Of a stretch of DNA of 64,000 bases, positions 59,970 through 64,000 are shown in pieces; position 1 is the first letter of the stretch, and each line of letters opens with the position of its first letter. A program made the translations under genes and the position numbers. The notes under the pieces were generated by a model. The model had not been told where the DNA came from. It made no database searches and worked only from the letters and a program-made list of their open reading frames with translations. Source of the stretch: an uncultured delta proteobacterium (GTDB lineage: Bacteria > Myxococcota_A > Polyangia > Polyangiales > Polyangiaceae); assembly GCA_963782055.1 (NCBI GenBank), contig CAWAIF010000003.1, forward strand, positions 6,560,001-6,624,000, read 5' to 3'.

Positions 59970-61126
59970 TCTGCCTTCGCGCCGTCGCGCAACGCGCCGT
60001 CGCCCAGAACCTCCGCGGCCGTGCGCGCCATCGCGCGCGCCGCGAGCATGGCCGTGGCCAGGCCGCGCTCGCTCGCCGCCGCGGCGACGAAGGGCTGCTG
60101 GTGGATCATCGCCTCGCCCTCGTCCACCACGCCCAGCCACGGGTGGATGCTCGGCACCACCTGCGAGACGTCCCCCATGTCGGTGCTGGCCGCGCCCACG
60201 CGCGGGTCGGTCTCGCGCGGACGACGCCCCATCGCCGAGAGGTGCGCGCCGAACGCCCGCGCGAGCGCCATGTTGTTGCGCATCGCCCGGTAGCCCTCGT
60301 TCACCTCCACCGAGACCTCCACGTCGCCGGCCATCGCCGCGGCCCGCGCGCAGCGCTCCACGATGCCGCGCACCCGCGCCAGCTCCTCGTCGCTCGGCGC
60401 GCGGACCGTGATGTCGCACGCGGCGCGCTCGGTCACGATGTTGGACGCCTGACCGCCGTCGGTGATGACGCCGTGCACCCGCACGCCGTCGCGGAAGCGC
60501 GCGCGCTGCCCGTCCACCAGCCGGAACGTATCCATGCACGCGGTGAGCGCGTTGCGTCCCTCGTGCGGGGCGGCCGCGGCGTGTGAGGGCTTGCCGTGGA
60601 AGCGAAAGGTGAAGGTGACCAGCGCGAGGGCCGGGTGCGCCAGGATGTCGCGGTCGAAGGGGTGAAACATCATCGCCGCGTCCACGCCCTCGAAGGCGCC
60701 CGCCTCGATGAGCTTGATCTTGCCGCCGCCCCCCTCCTCGGCCGGCGTCCCGAGGAGGATCACCTCGCCGGCCAGGCGCTCGGCCACCTTGGCCGCGGCG
60801 AGGAAGCCGCCCACGCCGCCGGCGGCGATGAGGTTGTGACCGCACGCGTGCCCCAGCCCCGGCAGCGCGTCGTACTCGGCCAGGATGGCCACGCGCGGGC
60901 CGCCCGCCTTGCCCGCCCTCGCGCGCAGCGCGGTGGCCATGCCGCCCAGCCCCCTCTCGACCGCGAAGCCGCGCGCCTCCAGCAGCTCGGCGATGCGCCG
61001 CGCCGCCTCGTGCTCCTCGAAGCAAAGCTCGGGGTGCGCGTGAATGGCGAGGGAGAGCGCGCGCAGGTCGGCCTCGTCGGCGGCGACCGCGGCGTCCAGG
61101 TCATAGACGATCTCGGGGGCGAGCAT
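59954..61126 (-). CDS. M20 family amidohydrolase (ACY1L2/PM20D2-like)
   Basis: HPEL, EYDALP, HACGHN, PAEEGGGGK and STDMG. Confidence 0.92.
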   Translation of the reverse strand: MLAPEIVYDLDAAVAADEADLRALSLAIHAHPELCFEEHEAARRIAELLEARGFAVERGLGGMATALRARAGKAGGPRVAILAEYDALPGLGHACGHNLIAAGGVGGFLAAAKVAERLAGEVILLGTPAEEGGGGKIKLIEAGAFEGVDAAMMFHPFDRDILAHPALALVTFTFRFHGKPSHAAAAPHEGRNALTACMDTFRLVDGQRARFRDGVRVHGVITDGGQASNIVTERAACDITVRAPSDEELARVRGIVERCARAAAMAGDVEVSVEVNEGYRAMRNNMALARAFGAHLSAMGRRPRETDPRVGAASTDMGDVSQVVPSIHPWLGVVDEGEAMIHQQPFVAAAASERGLATAMLAARAMARTAAEVLGDGALRDGAKAEWRGG

Positions 61127-61223
61127 GCCCCGGAAGCATAGGGCAAAGCGCCCGCCGCCACCGGCCCATTGGCGTGCGACGCGTGTGGCACCTCCGCCGA
61201 CGACGAGTATGCTTGCCGCGGTC

Positions 61224-62360
61224 ATGCGCGCCTCGCACCTCCTCCTTGGTCTGCTCGTGCTCGCGGGGTGCCCGGACAGGGGCCCCGGCGACCCGGCAGC
61301 CTCCGTCACGGCCGAGCCGTCCGCGGCGGCCACGGCGCCGGCGGCGGTCGCCAGCACGTCCTCCGCCCCGCTGCTGCTCGCCCCGCCGTTCACGCCCACG
61401 CGCATCACCGCCGAGGACGCGGCGATGGGCACGCACCTCGCGTTCGCCGGCTACACCACGCCGGAGAAGGACGAGACGGCGGTGCGCAAGGCCTGGGCCG
61501 ACGCCGTCGCCGAGATCCGCCGCGTCGAGGCGCTCATGACCACCTGGCACGAGAGCGAGCTCACCCGCATCAACGACGCGGCGGGCAAGCACCCGGTGGT
61601 GGTGGGCAAGGAGACGTTCGACCTCATCGCCGACTCGGTGCACACGTCCGAGATCTCCAAGGGCACCTTCGACATCACCTTCGAGAGCCTGCACGGCCTC
61701 TGGAAGTTCGATCAGGACCTCGACCCGCACCCGCCCACCGCCGCGCAGGTCAAGGCGAAGCTGCCGCTGGTCAACTACCACCACATCAAGCTCGACCCCA
61801 AGGCGTCGAGCGTCTACCTGGACACGCCCGGCGTGCACATCAGCCTCGGCGGCATCGCGAAGGGCTACGCCGTCGACCGCGCGGCCGCCATCCTCGACGC
61901 CGACGGCATCACCTCCTACTACGTGCAAGCCGGTGGCGACCTCTTCACCCGCGGCCACAAGCCGGACGGCAGCGAGTGGCAGACCGGCATCCGGGATCCG
62001 CGCGGCCCCGCCACGCAGTACTTCGCGCTGCTGCCGGTGAGCGATCACGCCTTCTCCACCGCCGGCGACTACGAGCGCTCTTACATCGTCAACGGCCGCC
62101 GCTACCACCACATCATCGACCCGCGGACCGGCTTTCCCGCCACCGCCAGCCGCAGCGTGACCATCTGGGCGCCCACGGCCCTCCTCGCCGACGAGATCGA
62201 CGACTGCGTCTTCATCCTCGGGCCGAAGGAGGGCATGGCCCTGGTCGAGTCCATCGACGGCGTGGGCGCGGTGGTGGTGGACGCGAAGAACAACGTCTGG
62301 GTGAGCAACCGCCTCAAGGGAAAGCTCAAGATCACCGGCGTCCCGACGGACGGGATCTGA
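61224..62360 (+). CDS. apbE: FAD:protein FMN transferase lipoprotein
   Basis: LAGC lipobox, MGT, FDIT, GGIAKGYAVD, AGGD, TAGDYER and HIIDPRTG. Confidence 0.94.
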   Translation: MRASHLLLGLLVLAGCPDRGPGDPAASVTAEPSAAATAPAAVASTSSAPLLLAPPFTPTRITAEDAAMGTHLAFAGYTTPEKDETAVRKAWADAVAEIRRVEALMTTWHESELTRINDAAGKHPVVVGKETFDLIADSVHTSEISKGTFDITFESLHGLWKFDQDLDPHPPTAAQVKAKLPLVNYHHIKLDPKASSVYLDTPGVHISLGGIAKGYAVDRAAAILDADGITSYYVQAGGDLFTRGHKPDGSEWQTGIRDPRGPATQYFALLPVSDHAFSTAGDYERSYIVNGRRYHHIIDPRTGFPATASRSVTIWAPTALLADEIDDCVFILGPKEGMALVESIDGVGAVVVDAKNNVWVSNRLKGKLKITGVPTDGI

Positions 62361-62450
62361 GCGCTTCGGGTTTCAGGTCGGCGTCCCGCACCACGTGTAA
62401 AGGCCTGTAAGGGGCGTTGAGCGCGGCAGGCGCCGTGCTCTCATCGGGGC

Positions 62451-62726
62451 ATGCGCAACAGCACCCGGTTCTGGAAGATCTCCACCTTCGTTCTCGGCGG
62501 CGCGCTCGCGGGCGTCGTCGCATTCTCCACCATCCGCTCCGCCGACGCCGAGCCGCAGCCCGCGATGAAGACCGCGCTGGCGCAGCTCCGCGCGGCCAAG
62601 TCCAACCTCGTCCGGGCGACGGCCCACAAGGGCGGCCACCGCGCCAAGGCGATCGCGCTGACAGAGCAGGCGATCGACGAGACGGTCAAGGGCATCGCCT
62701 ACGAAAACAACCATCACCACCACTGA
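62451..62726 (+). CDS. Small secreted helical protein with a KGGHRAKA motif and C-terminal His4
   Basis: Signal peptide; QPAM..AL..L..A...L...KGGHR; ends in NNHHHH. Confidence 0.78.
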   Translation: MRNSTRFWKISTFVLGGALAGVVAFSTIRSADAEPQPAMKTALAQLRAAKSNLVRATAHKGGHRAKAIALTEQAIDETVKGIAYENNHHHH

Positions 62727-62765
62727 CCTCGTCGCGACGCGCGCCCCGGAGCGGGCGCCGCGTGA

Positions 62766-63998
62766 TCAGCGACGCGCGAGAATGCGGCGCCCGGCGTCCT
62801 CCAGGTCGCGGGCGCACCGCACCTCCATCACCTCGGTGCAGCGGGGCGCGTAGCGCGTCATCGCGCTGTCGCCGCTCGCCCACGCGGCACGCGGCTCCGG
62901 GCACAGCCAGAGCAGCGCCCGCGCGCGTCCTCGGATGCGGTCCAGCACCTCCTCGCGCGCCTGGTGGTAGTTGGTGCGCCCATCGCCGAGGACCACCACC
63001 GTGGTGCGACGGTCCACTTCGGCCAGGTGACGCGCCTCGAAGTCGGCGAGCACGTGGCCGTAGTTGGAGTTGTGGGTCACCGGCACCACCGCCCCGCCGT
63101 AAGCCTGGTCGATTGCGGCGCCCACCGGCGCCTCCTCGAACAGACGCGTCGTCTCCCCCAGCTCGCTCACGAAGACGAAGCTGCGCGTGCCGCTCCACAG
63201 GTCGTGCGCGGCGACCACGAACTCGAGCAGGAAGGTGGCGACGCCGCGCACCGAGTCGCTGATGTCGCAGAGCAGGAGCAGCCGCGGCCTGTCGCGCCTG
63301 CGGCGCCGACGCACCGGCGTGAGCGGCACACCGGAGGTCCGCAGGGCGCGCCGCAGGGTGCCGTGAGGATCGATCCGCCCGCGCTCGGCGCGTCGCTTGC
63401 GCACCCGCTCCGCCCCGCGGAGCCGCGCGGCGAAGGTGCGCAGCGCCCGGCGGACCTCCGCCATCTCGGCGGGGTCGAGCGTCGCCAGCGGCTGCGTCGC
63501 CGCCCCCCTTCGTCCGGTCAACGCCGCCGGCGGGGCCTGCAGCCGCGAGGCCACGTGCGCGCGCACCTCGTCCTCGGCGCGGTCCAGCTCGCGCTCCAGC
63601 GCGGCCGCGAGGGCCTCGGCGCGCTCGCCCAGCGCGTCCTTCAGCGCGGCGCGCAGCGCTCCGAGCCGCCGGCGCGCGTCCACGACGCCCACCCGGCGCA
63701 GGGCCCGGTGCACGTAGAAGCCCTGCTGCGTCGGCCCGCGCATCGCCTCGAGCTCGCGCTGCACGCCGCCGAGTCGCAGCAGGCGGTCCAGCTCGGCGCC
63801 ACCCTCGAGCAGCGCGCCGAGGGCGGCCGTCGCGTCGTCGCCGGCGCCCGCGTGGGCGTCGAGCAGCGCCCGCAGCGCCGCCAGCTCCCCGGCGGAGAAC
63901 CCCTGCGCGCCGAGGCGCTCGTAGAGGGAGAGCGTCGGGCCGCGACGCCCGAAGTACTCGTCGAAGGCCCGGTCGAACGCCGCGCGGTCGCGCCGGTC
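62766..63998 (-). CDS. CoxE-like VWA-domain protein (5' end outside the window)
   Basis: The frame is open to the edge (AAFDRAFDEYF); IDPHGTLRRAL, CDISDSV, GDGRTNY and WASGDS. Confidence 0.88.
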   Translation of the reverse strand, partial: DRRDRAAFDRAFDEYFGRRGPTLSLYERLGAQGFSAGELAALRALLDAHAGAGDDATAALGALLEGGAELDRLLRLGGVQRELEAMRGPTQQGFYVHRALRRVGVVDARRRLGALRAALKDALGERAEALAAALERELDRAEDEVRAHVASRLQAPPAALTGRRGAATQPLATLDPAEMAEVRRALRTFAARLRGAERVRKRRAERGRIDPHGTLRRALRTSGVPLTPVRRRRRRDRPRLLLLCDISDSVRGVATFLLEFVVAAHDLWSGTRSFVFVSELGETTRLFEEAPVGAAIDQAYGGAVVPVTHNSNYGHVLADFEARHLAEVDRRTTVVVLGDGRTNYHQAREEVLDRIRGRARALLWLCPEPRAAWASGDSAMTRYAPRCTEVMEVRCARDLEDAGRRILARR

Positions 63999-64000
63999 CT

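Noticed and set aside
62424..62439. CGGCAGG-N4-GTGCT as a sigma54 promoter
   Set aside because: The spacing fits, but the match is too weak for a GC-rich background.

Overview
Very GC-rich (roughly 70-75% by eye), gene-dense bacterial chromosomal window. The gene repertoire points to Myxococcota, probably Polyangiales/Sorangiineae (inference): a Ser/Thr kinase-FGE fusion, DAG/DGG-rich lipoproteins, PEGA, AgmX-C, IgGFc-binding and TonB-fused receptor proteins. It is mostly a core/housekeeping region: recD2, rplU-rpmA, a GH57 branching enzyme, dapA-dapB, rsmD, truA, an HtrA protease, secA, tRNA-Arg(UCU), cydAB, an acyl-CoA dehydrogenase, an FKBP and apbE, interleaved with envelope lipoproteins and orphan two-component proteins. 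I saw no CRISPR array, integrase, transposase, prophage or recognisable defence island. The most notable signals are: (1) an AT-rich motif, TTGTA-N3-TACACG, present three times inside coding sequences and overriding codon bias; (2) an intact PtsP/EI-Ntr-like gene lacking both the phospho-His and the whole PEP-binding domain; (3) a sigma54 promoter with tandem palindromic enhancer-like boxes ahead of a MarR-like gene; (4) a receiver domain fused to a histone-H1-like KKAAP tail; (5) an M29-fold protein with most metal ligands substituted; (6) widespread apparent leaderless promoters; (7) a 1-nt frameshift in a sugar dehydrogenase coupled to a diheme cytochrome. All family assignments come from motif recognition by eye, not from database searches.
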